Shown here piece after piece: positions 15,815-24,000 of a stretch of DNA of 24,000 nt. The translations under genes were made by a program, and so were the position numbers. Each line of letters starts with the position of its first letter. The first letter of the stretch is position 1. The notes under the pieces were generated by a model, which saw only the letters and a list, made by a program, of their open reading frames with translations, did no database searches and had not been told where the DNA came from. The DNA is from Peptostreptococcaceae bacterium (lineage in GTDB: Bacteria > Bacillota > Clostridia > Peptostreptococcales > Peptostreptococcaceae), in contig JAOARY010000051.1 of NCBI GenBank assembly GCA_025210335.1, positions 144,643 through 168,642 of the forward strand, in the 5' to 3' direction.

Positions 15815-17676
15815 AACAAATAAATTCTCAAAGGGATATTAAAAAATTAAATATAAATCAGTTAAATGTATTATCAAAAGATATTAGAGAGTTTTTAATA
15901 GAAAAGGTTTCTAAAACCGGAGGTCATTTAGCTTCAAATTTGGGTGTTGTAGAACTTACACTGGCAATGCACTATGTTTTTGATAGTCCAAAAGATAAAT
16001 TTATATTTGATGTAGGGCATCAATCTTATGTTCATAAGATTTTAACTGGTAGAAAAGAGAGATTTGATACATTAAGACAATTTGAAGGACTTAGTGGTTT
16101 TCCAAAGAGGAAAGAAAGTGAACATGATATTTTTGAAACTGGTCATAGTTCAACATCTATTTCGGCTGGGCTTGGTATAGCAAAGGCTAGAGATGTAAAA
16201 AATGAAGATTTTAATGTAATATCATTAATTGGAGACGGTGCTTTAACTGGAGGAATGGCTCTTGAAGCTTTAAATCACTTAGGTCATGACAAGACAAAGA
16301 TGATAGTTATACTAAATGATAATGAGATGTCTATTTCAAAAAATGTTGGAGGGATGTCAAATTATTTATCTACTCTTAGAGTTACCAAAACATACAAGAA
16401 ATTAAAAGAAGAAGTAGAAAATATATTTCATATGATACCTAAAATTGGTAAGAATATGTATAAGACAGCTACTAAGGTTAAGGGTAGCGTTAAGAATTTT
16501 GTATTTGAAAATAATATGTTTGAAGATATGGGTGTTAATTATATAGGCCCTATAGATGGTCATGATTTAAAAAGTCTTATTTATATTTTGGATAAAGTAA
16601 AGAAGAATATAGACGGACCTGTTTTAATTCACGTGCTTACAAAGAAGGGAAAAGGTTATAAGTTTTCTGAAGATAGACCAGAAAAATATCATGGAGTTTC
16701 AAAATTTAATACAAAAGAAGGCTTAAAAACAAGTAATAAAGAAACTTACTCGTCGGTAGTAGGAGAGACTTTATGTGGCTTAGCAAAGGAAGATAAAAAT
16801 GTTGTTGCAATAACAGCAGCTATGCCTGATGGTTGTGGCCTTTGTAATTTTAAAGAAGAGTTTAAAGATCGTTTTTTTGATGTAGGTATAGCAGAGGGGC
16901 ATGGAGTATCATTTTGTGCTGGACTTGCAAGTAATGGAATCAAACCTTATTTTCCAGTGTATTCAACATTTTTACAAAGAGGTTTTGATCAAATATTGCA
17001 TGATGTTGGAATTCAAAATTTACCGGTTAAATTTTTATTAGATAGAGCTGGACTTGTTGGAAATGATGGAGAAACACATCATGGAGTTTTTGACCTTAGT
17101 TATTTATCAATGATTCCTAATATGTGTGTTATGTCTCCTATGGATAAATTTGATCTTATAAATATGTTAAAAATAGCAAAAGATTTAAATGGACCATGTT
17201 CAATTAGATACCCTCGTGGTGCTATATTTGAATATAAAAAAGAAGATAGAACTTTTGATTTTGCTAAATGGGAAGTGTTAAAAGAAGGTAAGCAAATAGT
17301 TCTTTTAGGGATAGGAAAAGGTGCTATAAAGGCATTAAATATTGGTATTAGATTGAAACAATTTGGTATAGATGCTATGATAATAAATGCTAGATTTTTA
17401 AAACCACATGATGAAATTTTATTAAAAGATATAACAAATAATTATGATTTAATATATACTATAGAGGATAATGTGATTATAGGTGGATTTGGTTCTTATA
17501 TAGGAATGAAGTTGGAAGAACTAAATTATGCAGGTAAATTAAAAGCATTTGGTATAGAGGATGAGTTTATTGAGCATGGAGATGTTGATTTATTAGAAAA
17601 ATCGATAAATTTAGATGAAGATTCTATACTTGAATTTATATTAGATGAAATAAAAGAAGTAAGAGAGGTTATATAA
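15808..17676 (+). CDS. dxs: 1-deoxy-D-xylulose-5-phosphate synthase
   Basis: 622 aa with GGHLASNLGVVELT, GHSSTSISAGLG and GDGALTGGMA (ThDP binding) motifs and transketolase-like C-terminal domains. Confidence 0.95.
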   Translation: MLEQINSQRDIKKLNINQLNVLSKDIREFLIEKVSKTGGHLASNLGVVELTLAMHYVFDSPKDKFIFDVGHQSYVHKILTGRKERFDTLRQFEGLSGFPKRKESEHDIFETGHSSTSISAGLGIAKARDVKNEDFNVISLIGDGALTGGMALEALNHLGHDKTKMIVILNDNEMSISKNVGGMSNYLSTLRVTKTYKKLKEEVENIFHMIPKIGKNMYKTATKVKGSVKNFVFENNMFEDMGVNYIGPIDGHDLKSLIYILDKVKKNIDGPVLIHVLTKKGKGYKFSEDRPEKYHGVSKFNTKEGLKTSNKETYSSVVGETLCGLAKEDKNVVAITAAMPDGCGLCNFKEEFKDRFFDVGIAEGHGVSFCAGLASNGIKPYFPVYSTFLQRGFDQILHDVGIQNLPVKFLLDRAGLVGNDGETHHGVFDLSYLSMIPNMCVMSPMDKFDLINMLKIAKDLNGPCSIRYPRGAIFEYKKEDRTFDFAKWEVLKEGKQIVLLGIGKGAIKALNIGIRLKQFGIDAMIINARFLKPHDEILLKDITNNYDLIYTIEDNVIIGGFGSYIGMKLEELNYAGKLKAFGIEDEFIEHGDVDLLEKSINLDEDSILEFILDEIKEVREVI

Positions 17677-18476
17677 TGAAAAAAAGAATAGATACTATTC
17701 TTGTTGAAAAAGGGTTAATAGACTCAAGAGAAAAGGCAAAAAGAACTATTATGGCAGGTCTTGTACTTGTAGATAATCAAAGAGTCGATAAAGCAGGAAC
17801 TCAAGTAGATGAAGATGCAGAGATTAGAATAAAGGGTGTACAAAATCCATATGTAAGTAGAGGTGGTTTTAAGCTAGAAAAAGCAATGAAATCATTTGAC
17901 ATAAAATTAGATGATTATGTTTGTATGGACATAGGTGCTTCTACTGGTGGTTTTACAGATTGCATGTTACAAAATAATGCGAAGAAAGTATATTCTATTG
18001 ATGTTGGTTATGGTCAATTTGCATGGAAATTAAGACAAGATGAGAGAGTAGTTTGTTTAGAAAGAACAAATTTTAGACATTTAGAACAAGAAAAAGTATT
18101 AGAGGAAATTGATTTTGCATCTATTGATGTATCCTTTATATCTTTAAGACTGATAATACCAAAGTTAAAAGAGTTTTTAAGAGTTTCTGGGGAGTGTGTT
18201 GCACTTATTAAGCCTCAGTTTGAAGCTGGAAGAGAAAAAGTTGGCAAAAAAGGTGTTGTTAGGGATATAAATGTACACAAAGATGTAATAAAAAGGATTG
18301 TAGATTTTGTAATAGAAGAAGAATTTGAAATTTTAGGACTTGATTATTCACCAATTAAAGGGCCTAATGGAAATATAGAATACCTTATATATATAAAAAA
18401 AGACATAAAAAAACATCTAGATTTTGATTATGAAAAGATAGAAGATGTGGTTGATAGATCACATACTACTTTATAA
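17676..18476 (+). CDS. tlyA: TlyA family rRNA (cytidine-2'-O)-methyltransferase
   Basis: An N-terminal S4 domain (RIDTILVEKGLIDSREKAKRTIMAG) and an FtsJ-type SAM site, DIGASTGGFTD. The ATG overlaps the dxs stop (TAATG). Confidence 0.9.
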   Translation: MKKRIDTILVEKGLIDSREKAKRTIMAGLVLVDNQRVDKAGTQVDEDAEIRIKGVQNPYVSRGGFKLEKAMKSFDIKLDDYVCMDIGASTGGFTDCMLQNNAKKVYSIDVGYGQFAWKLRQDERVVCLERTNFRHLEQEKVLEEIDFASIDVSFISLRLIIPKLKEFLRVSGECVALIKPQFEAGREKVGKKGVVRDINVHKDVIKRIVDFVIEEEFEILGLDYSPIKGPNGNIEYLIYIKKDIKKHLDFDYEKIEDVVDRSHTTL

Positions 18477-18500
18477 TTTATTTTTGTGGGAGGGGTTTTT

Positions 18501-18947
18501 TTGAAAATAACGAGGCACACTAAAATTTTAGAGTTAATAAATGAAAAGGAAGTTGAAACTCAAGAAGATTTATCTAAAGAACTTAGAAGTATGGGAATAA
18601 ATGTTACTCAAGCAACAGTTTCAAGAGATATAAAAGAATTGAAATTGGTGAAAGTACTAAGTCCTACTGGAAAATATAAATATACTTATTTTGAAAAGGA
18701 AGATAAGACTTCTCCAGATAAATTAATAAGATTTACTAAAGATGTTTTGATATCTATGGATTATGCTGGCAACACTATTTGTTTAAGAACTGTTGAAGGT
18801 TCTGCTCAAATTGTATCTCGTGCAATAGATTCACTAGAATTGAAAGAAATAGTTGGTTCTGTTGGTGGGCTTGATACTGTTTTTGTACTGGTAAGATATG
18901 AAGAAGATGTACAAAAAATATTAGAAAGATTTAGAAAGCTTTTGTAG
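18501..18947 (+). CDS. argR: Arginine repressor
   Basis: TTG at 18501 follows GGGAGGGG; the track start at 18486 is an over-extension. It has a winged helix, TQEDLSKELRSMGINVTQATVSRDIKEL, and a C-terminal oligomerisation region, VGSVGGLDTVFVL. Confidence 0.88.
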   Translation: MKITRHTKILELINEKEVETQEDLSKELRSMGINVTQATVSRDIKELKLVKVLSPTGKYKYTYFEKEDKTSPDKLIRFTKDVLISMDYAGNTICLRTVEGSAQIVSRAIDSLELKEIVGSVGGLDTVFVLVRYEEDVQKILERFRKLL

Positions 18948-18966
18948 AAGTTGGAGGCTTAGAAGG

Positions 18967-20652
18967 ATGCTTTTAGAATTATATATTAAAAATTTTGCTC
19001 TAATTGATGAAGAAAATGTAGTGTTTAAAGATGGTTTAAATATAATAACTGGAGAAACAGGATCAGGGAAATCCATTATAATAGATGCTCTAAATCAAAC
19101 TCTTGGAGCAAGGTCAGATAAAGCATTTATAAGAAAAAATAAGGAAAAAACTATAATTGAAGCAACCTATTTTATTGACAATAAAAACATAGTCGATTTA
19201 CTTTTAGATATGGGAATTGATTTTGAAATTGGTGAGAATTTAGTTATAACAAGAGAAATCTTCATTGATGGAAAGAGCATATCAAGGGTAAATGGAAGAA
19301 GTGTAAGACTGAGCTTTTTAAAGGAAATATCAAAATATTTAATAGATATACATTCTCAACACGATACTCAAAGTATTATGAATAAGGATAATCATATAAA
19401 ATATTTAGATTTATATGGTTTTAAATACATAGATGAATGTGTGAGAAATTATAAAGATATTTACTATGAATATAGTAATTTGATAAAAAAGATAAATTCT
19501 CTTTTAGATAATAAAGATCAAACTCAAATAGAACGAGAGATAGATCTTATAAAATTTCAAATCAATGAAATTGAAGATGCAAATCTAAAAGAAGGTGAAA
19601 TAGAAAGTTTAGAAGAAGAAAAGGATTTTTATAGAAATAAAGAAAAGATATTTAAGAGCCTAGATAATGCTTATGAAAAATTAAATAGTGGGTCGATTAA
19701 TTCTATTGATTTATTAAATAATGCATTAAGGGATATGTCTTATATATCATCAATAAATGAAAATCTTGAAAATATTTATGATAAATTAAATAATTTATTT
19801 TATGAATTAGATGATGTATCAAAGGATATCAATTTATATAAAAATAATATGGAATTTGAGCAAAATTCTATAGATTCCATAGAATTAAGAATTGATACTA
19901 TAAATAAAATGAAAAGAAAATATGGAAAAACAATAGAAGAGATATTTGATTATAAAAATAAGATAGAGTCTAGGTTAGAAGAGATATTAAATAAAGATAA
20001 ATTTATAGAAGAATTGAATCTTAAAAAGATAAAATTACAAGAAGAACTATATAAAAGAGGACTTTTATTAGAAGAAGCAAGAAAAAAAGCATCAAATGAG
20101 TTAAAAGAGTTGGTGATTAAAGAATTAAAAGATTTAAATATTAAAAGTGCTAGCTTTGATGTAGTTTTTAAAAGAATAGAAATGCCTACAAAAGATGGTC
20201 TTAATAGAATTGAATTTAGAGCTTCTTTTAATAAGGGTGAAGATTTAAAAGAACTTTCAAAAATTGCTTCTGGTGGAGAACTTTCAAGATTCATGTTGGC
20301 TTTTAAAAATATTATTGCTAAATTAGATGATATAAAGACTTTGGTATTTGATGAAATAGATACAGGTATAAGTGGGATTACTGCACAAATAGTAGGTCAA
20401 AAAATGAAAGAAATCTCAAAAGAAAAGCAAATAATATGTATAACACATCTTCCTCAAATAGCAGTTGTTTCGGATACTCATTATCTTATTGAAAAATATG
20501 AATCAAAAGATTCAACACATACTAAGATTCAAAGACTTTCAATAGATGAAAAAGTAAAAGAAGTAGCTAGGCTTATGAGTGGTCTAAATATTACTAAAAA
20601 GACACTTGAAAATGCAAAGGAGATTATAGAGATTTCTAGTAATAATAATTAG
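18967..20652 (+). CDS. recN: DNA repair protein RecN
   Basis: Walker A GETGSGKS, a long coiled-coil middle, the SMC signature SGGELSR and Walker B LVFDEIDTGISG. Confidence 0.95.
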   Translation: MLLELYIKNFALIDEENVVFKDGLNIITGETGSGKSIIIDALNQTLGARSDKAFIRKNKEKTIIEATYFIDNKNIVDLLLDMGIDFEIGENLVITREIFIDGKSISRVNGRSVRLSFLKEISKYLIDIHSQHDTQSIMNKDNHIKYLDLYGFKYIDECVRNYKDIYYEYSNLIKKINSLLDNKDQTQIEREIDLIKFQINEIEDANLKEGEIESLEEEKDFYRNKEKIFKSLDNAYEKLNSGSINSIDLLNNALRDMSYISSINENLENIYDKLNNLFYELDDVSKDINLYKNNMEFEQNSIDSIELRIDTINKMKRKYGKTIEEIFDYKNKIESRLEEILNKDKFIEELNLKKIKLQEELYKRGLLLEEARKKASNELKELVIKELKDLNIKSASFDVVFKRIEMPTKDGLNRIEFRASFNKGEDLKELSKIASGGELSRFMLAFKNIIAKLDDIKTLVFDEIDTGISGITAQIVGQKMKEISKEKQIICITHLPQIAVVSDTHYLIEKYESKDSTHTKIQRLSIDEKVKEVARLMSGLNITKKTLENAKEIIEISSNNN

Positions 20653-20665
20653 CAGGGGGATAAAA

Positions 20666-21478
20666 ATGGATAAAATAAGAACTGTAATTGCTGATGATAA
20701 TATTGATTTTTGTAACATAATGAAAGAATATTTTGCGACAAGATCAAATATAGAAGTTGTTGGAGTAGCAAATGATGGAATAGAGACACTAAAGCTTTTA
20801 AAAGAACATGAACCTGATTTATTGGTACTAGATATTATAATGCCTCATTTAGATGGTATAGGAGTTTTGGAAAGAAAAAATCAAGAAGATATTTCACCTA
20901 CAACTAGAGTTGTTATATTATCAGCTGTGGGACAAGATAAGATAACACAAAGAGCAATAAATGAAGGTGCAGATTATTATATAATAAAACCTTTTGATTT
21001 TGATATTTTTACAAAGAGAATAGAAGATATATTTACTTTAGATTTATTTACATTAAATGAACTTTCTTCGTTGGAAAAGAGTAATTTAGAAAATGAAGAT
21101 GTAACAAAACTTTGGAAGATAGAAAAGGATGTAACTCAAATTTTAACGAGATTAGGAGTACCGCCTCATATAAAAGGTTTTGTATATTTAAGAAGAGCAA
21201 TAGAAATGAATATAGAAGATGCAGATATGATGAAGAAGGTGACTAAAAAATTATATCCACTTGTTGCTAAAGAGTTTGAAACTACTCCAAGTAGAGTAGA
21301 AAGAGCTATAAGACATGCTATTGAAGTGACATTTGAAAGAAGTGATAAAAAAACTTTAAACCATTTCTTTGGTAATATACTTGTAGGAAAGAAAAATAAA
21401 CCTACAAATAGTCAATTTATAGCAGTTGTGAGTGAGAGACTTAAATTTGATAATAAATTATTAGATAAACAAAAATAA
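20666..21478 (+). CDS. spo0A: Sporulation transcription factor Spo0A
   Basis: A receiver domain (IADDN..., DLLVLDIIMPHLDG, SAVGQD) and the Spo0A-specific C-terminal DNA-binding domain (GVPPHIKGFVYLRRAIE, SRVERAIRHAIE, KPTNSQFIA). Confidence 0.95.
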   Translation: MDKIRTVIADDNIDFCNIMKEYFATRSNIEVVGVANDGIETLKLLKEHEPDLLVLDIIMPHLDGIGVLERKNQEDISPTTRVVILSAVGQDKITQRAINEGADYYIIKPFDFDIFTKRIEDIFTLDLFTLNELSSLEKSNLENEDVTKLWKIEKDVTQILTRLGVPPHIKGFVYLRRAIEMNIEDADMMKKVTKKLYPLVAKEFETTPSRVERAIRHAIEVTFERSDKKTLNHFFGNILVGKKNKPTNSQFIAVVSERLKFDNKLLDKQK

Positions 21479-21522
21479 TATTTTGATATATTAGGTGTAA
21501 TGATATTAATTTAAATGAAAAT

Positions 21523-21584
21523 AAGGCTTTAAGCATATATTTGACTTTTTTGTTTAGAATATATGTTTAAGGCTTTATTTTTTG
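21523..21584 (+). terminator. Intrinsic terminator after spo0A
   Basis: An 18-bp stem AAGGCTTTAAGCATATAT (21523-21540) / ATATATGTTTAAGGCTTT (21559-21576) with three G-U pairs that form only in the + strand RNA, followed by ATTTTTTG. Confidence 0.7.
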
Positions 21585-21723
21585 TTAAGTGTTCATCATA
21601 TAAATATAATTATGTAAACTTTAATGAGATTTTACTCTGGTTATAAATACTTGACTATATCAGTGTATATTACAATTTATCAAATATTTAAAATTCATTG
21701 TAAACTTTAAATAAGATAAAAAT

Positions 21724-21732
21724 ATGATATAA
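21724..21732 (+). promoter_or_regulatory. Candidate extended -10 promoter for steA-like operon
   Basis: TGATATAAT at 21724-21732, about 50 nt upstream of the ATG at 21781. No good -35 is present. Confidence 0.35.
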
Positions 21733-21780
21733 TATCAATGTTTATGTTAAGTTTTAATAGTCCTTTTAAAGGAGGAAATT

Positions 21781-22896
21781 ATGAAATATATTATACAAAA
21801 AGATAAAAAGACTAAGGATTTGGCTAAGAGGATAGGGCAAGGAGAAGTTGCACTTATTAATCATAAGGATATAGATGAGGTTGCAGCATACTCGTTGGTA
21901 AACGCAAAGATAGCTGGAATTATAAATATAGATAGTTCGATGAGTGGAAAGTATCCAAATAAAGGGCCAAAAGTTCTTTTGGATAATGGAATATTTATAT
22001 TGGATGAAGTTGATAAAAATGCTTTTGATTCTATAGATGATTTTGATTCTATAGATATAAAAGGTGAAAGTATCTATAAAGGTGATACTCTTGTTGCAAA
22101 AGGAAATATATTAGACAAACAAATTTTAAAAATAAAAAAGAAAGAATGTAAAGAAAATTTATCTACTGAACTTGATAATTTCATAGATAATACTTTAGAT
22201 TATGCAAGAAAAGAAAAAGATTTTATTTTAAGTGATGCAAATATACCAGCTTTAAATATTGACTTTAAAAACAGACAAGCTTTAGTTGTAGTAAGAGGTC
22301 AAAATTATAAGGAAGATTTAAGTACTATAATTTCGTACATAAATGAAGTAAATCCAGTACTTATAGGTGTTGATGGTGGAGCTGATGCACTTTTAGAATT
22401 TGGTCTAACTCCAGATTTGATCGTTGGGGATATGGATAGTGTTAGTGATGAGGCTTTAAAAAAATCAAAAGAAATAATGGTTCATGCTTATCCAAATGGA
22501 AAAGCACCTGGTCTAAAAAGAATAGAAGATTTAAATTTGAATTGTAAGGTATACCCTTCACCTGGAACAAGTGAAGATATAGCTATGCTTGTTGCATATG
22601 AAAAAGGTGCAAAACTTATTGTTGCTTTAGGAACTCATTCTCATATGATAGATTTCTTAGAAAAAGGTAGAAAAGGTATGGCTTCGACGTTTTTAGTGAG
22701 ATTAAAAATAGGTGATAAGCTTGTAGATGCTAAAGGTGTTAGTCAACTATATCATAGTAATGTAAAGATTAAACATATAATAGGTCTTATAATTGCGGCA
22801 TTATTTCCAGTTGTGATAGTAGCATCTTTATCACCACCAATACAACAACTTATAAAGATTGTAAAAATAAAAATGAAATTATTGATGGATTTTTAA
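21781..22896 (+). CDS. steA: SteA-like protein (thiamin pyrophosphokinase-catalytic-like domain with C-terminal membrane anchor)
   Basis: GVDGGADALLEFGLTPDLIVGDMDSVSDEAL resembles the TPK catalytic-domain signature. The C-terminus has a hydrophobic helix, IIGLIIAALFPVVIVASL. It is followed by an MctB-like gene, as in actinobacterial steA loci. Confidence 0.55.
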   Translation: MKYIIQKDKKTKDLAKRIGQGEVALINHKDIDEVAAYSLVNAKIAGIINIDSSMSGKYPNKGPKVLLDNGIFILDEVDKNAFDSIDDFDSIDIKGESIYKGDTLVAKGNILDKQILKIKKKECKENLSTELDNFIDNTLDYARKEKDFILSDANIPALNIDFKNRQALVVVRGQNYKEDLSTIISYINEVNPVLIGVDGGADALLEFGLTPDLIVGDMDSVSDEALKKSKEIMVHAYPNGKAPGLKRIEDLNLNCKVYPSPGTSEDIAMLVAYEKGAKLIVALGTHSHMIDFLEKGRKGMASTFLVRLKIGDKLVDAKGVSQLYHSNVKIKHIIGLIIAALFPVVIVASLSPPIQQLIKIVKIKMKLLMDF

Positions 22897-22911
22897 TAAG
22901 AGGAGGATTTT

Positions 22912-23781
22912 ATGAATATTAATATAAAATATTATATTATAACCATAAGTTCTATATTCATAGCTTTAGGAATTGGAATATTAATTGGTTTTAATTTAAA
23001 TAATAAGGATGTATTTAAAAAAGAACAGATGAATATAATAAGTGACTTGGAAAAAAAGATTGTTTCATTGAAATCTGAAAAAGAAATTTTTGAATCTACA
23101 GTTGATAAATTAACACATGATAAAGAAAATTTAAATAAATATATACAAACAACATTTGCAAAATTAGTAGAAGATGAACTTTTAGAAAAAAATATAGGAA
23201 TACTTAGATTAAATGAGGATTATTTTTATAATGAGGTAGAGGAATTAATAGTAAGTGCTAATGGAAGTGTTGCTTTTGATATATCTTTAAAGGAAGAACT
23301 TAAAAATATTAATATAGAAGATTTAAATACTATGTTTAATTTGGTCGATGAAAATAAAATGAAAGATAAAAATGATTTTTATAAGTTTATTTTTGATAAT
23401 ATTTTTGTACAAAGAGATGAAGTTATAATTCAAAAATTAAAGGAATCAAATATACTTTCGTTAAATACTTTAAATGAGTTTGAAAACTTAGATGGTTTAT
23501 TTGTATGTGGTGGGTCTTTAGAATCAGATAAAAATGGTTTAGAAGAGTTTGATAAAATATTTTTAGATTACTTTAAAGAGAAAAAAACAAATATAGTTGG
23601 TGTGGAAAAGTCTATAGTTGATTATTCTTATATAGATTTCTTTAAGAAAAATAAAATATCTACGGTTGATAATATGGATGAATTTGTAGGAAGATATTCA
23701 GCATTGAAGGCTATTTTGGGAAATAAAGGTCATTATGGAACTAAAAAAACTGCACAATCATATATACCAGAGGTGAAATAA
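22912..23781 (+). CDS. MctB-like (Pfam 'copper transporter MctB' family) single-pass membrane protein
   Basis: The N-terminus NIKYYIITISSIFIALGIGILIGF matches the conserved RYHxxSLxAVFLALxxGxxLG start of the family, followed by a coiled-coil segment. Its position after steA fits. Confidence 0.5.
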   Translation: MNINIKYYIITISSIFIALGIGILIGFNLNNKDVFKKEQMNIISDLEKKIVSLKSEKEIFESTVDKLTHDKENLNKYIQTTFAKLVEDELLEKNIGILRLNEDYFYNEVEELIVSANGSVAFDISLKEELKNINIEDLNTMFNLVDENKMKDKNDFYKFIFDNIFVQRDEVIIQKLKESNILSLNTLNEFENLDGLFVCGGSLESDKNGLEEFDKIFLDYFKEKKTNIVGVEKSIVDYSYIDFFKKNKISTVDNMDEFVGRYSALKAILGNKGHYGTKKTAQSYIPEVK

Positions 23782-24000
23782 TGTTTGTTTCTATAATAAT
23801 GCCAGCATTTAATGAAGGAAGTAGAATATTAGATACAATTAATTATTTATCTGATATCAAACTAATAGATGAAATCATTGTTGTTGATGATGGTTCTAGT
23901 GATGATACGTATTTTAAGGTAAAAGACTTGGATAAAGTAAAGGCTATAAAATTAGATGTAAACAAAGGTAAGGGTAATGCTGTTAATATTGGGATTCAAA
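23781..24000 (+). CDS. Family 2 glycosyltransferase, N-terminal part (continues beyond the window)
   Basis: The ATG at 23781 overlaps the upstream stop (TAATG). MFVSIIMPAFNEG...IIVVDDGSSDDT...NKGKGNAV is the classic GT2 N-terminal pattern. Confidence 0.8.
   Translation, partial: MFVSIIMPAFNEGSRILDTINYLSDIKLIDEIIVVDDGSSDDTYFKVKDLDKVKAIKLDVNKGKGNAVNIGIQ

Noticed and set aside
2590-20294. Minus-strand ORFs in the track: 2590-2859, 3490-3813, 4267-4473, 6296-6532, 7831-8085, 8057-8305, 12268-12624, 12661-12969, 15598-15789, 16746-16943 and 19950-20294.
   Set aside because: Apart from short overhangs into adjacent spacers, each lies antisense to + strand genes that carry clear family motifs. Their translations are low-complexity (Ser/Ile/Phe/Leu-rich) with no recognisable domains, as expected for shadow ORFs in AT-rich DNA.
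20616-20650. A possible sigma-H promoter for spo0A in the recN 3' end (AAAGGAGAT as the -35).
   Set aside because: No GAAT-type -10 element sits at the required 11-12 nt spacing; only GTAAT is present. The match is too weak to call without transcript mapping.
1-24000. A search for CRISPR arrays, IS or transposon ends, integrases, prophage genes, and toxin-antitoxin or other defence cassettes.
   Set aside because: I saw no regularly spaced repeats, no terminal inverted repeats flanking a gene block and no mobility-gene motifs. Gene content is housekeeping, and composition is uniform outside the RNA.

Overview
All credible genes in this 24-kb window are on the + strand. The sequence looks like core chromosome from a very AT-rich, spo0A-carrying Firmicute of clostridial type; no more precise placement is possible from the sequence alone. 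I saw no CRISPR array, transposase, integrase, rRNA or tRNA.

Gene content in order:
- ackA 3' end.
- yceD(DUF177)-rpmF.
- A FapR-controlled lipid cluster: fapR-plsX, then fabH-fabK-fabD-fabG-acpP-fabF, with a textbook FapR operator at the fabH promoter.
- Three small poorly characterised genes: a CGGC-domain protein, a YjbR/MmcQ-like protein and a hypothetical.
- One long, tightly packed gene string: asp23-nusB-(TsaD/Kae1-like)-xseA-xseB-ispA-(divergent PAP2)-[about 600 nt of non-coding sequence]-(small 4-TM protein)-dxs-tlyA-argR-recN-spo0A.
- steA-like, mctB-like and a partial GT2 glycosyltransferase.

The standout is 14559-15154. It has no ORF, and G+C rises to about 41% overall (about 52% in its 5' part) against about 28% in neighbouring CDS. 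A perfect 10-bp long-range helix closes it, and it contains many internal helices. It sits between ispA/PAP2 and a small multi-pass membrane protein followed by dxs. That size, composition and synteny match the OLE (ornate, large, extremophilic) RNA and its membrane partner OapA, a large ncRNA-membrane protein RNP whose biochemical function is still unknown. I could not run a covariance-model search, so the class assignment rests on synteny plus structure I found by hand.

Secondary observations:
- An 18-bp A/U-only hairpin abuts the oapA ribosome-binding site.
- The RNA's 5' edge carries a sequence that reads as either a hairpin or a promoter.
- spo0A is fused to the recN operon, with no spoIVB and no obvious promoter of its own.
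- A tlyA...recN...steA-mctB arrangement resembles the one I recall from Actinobacteria.
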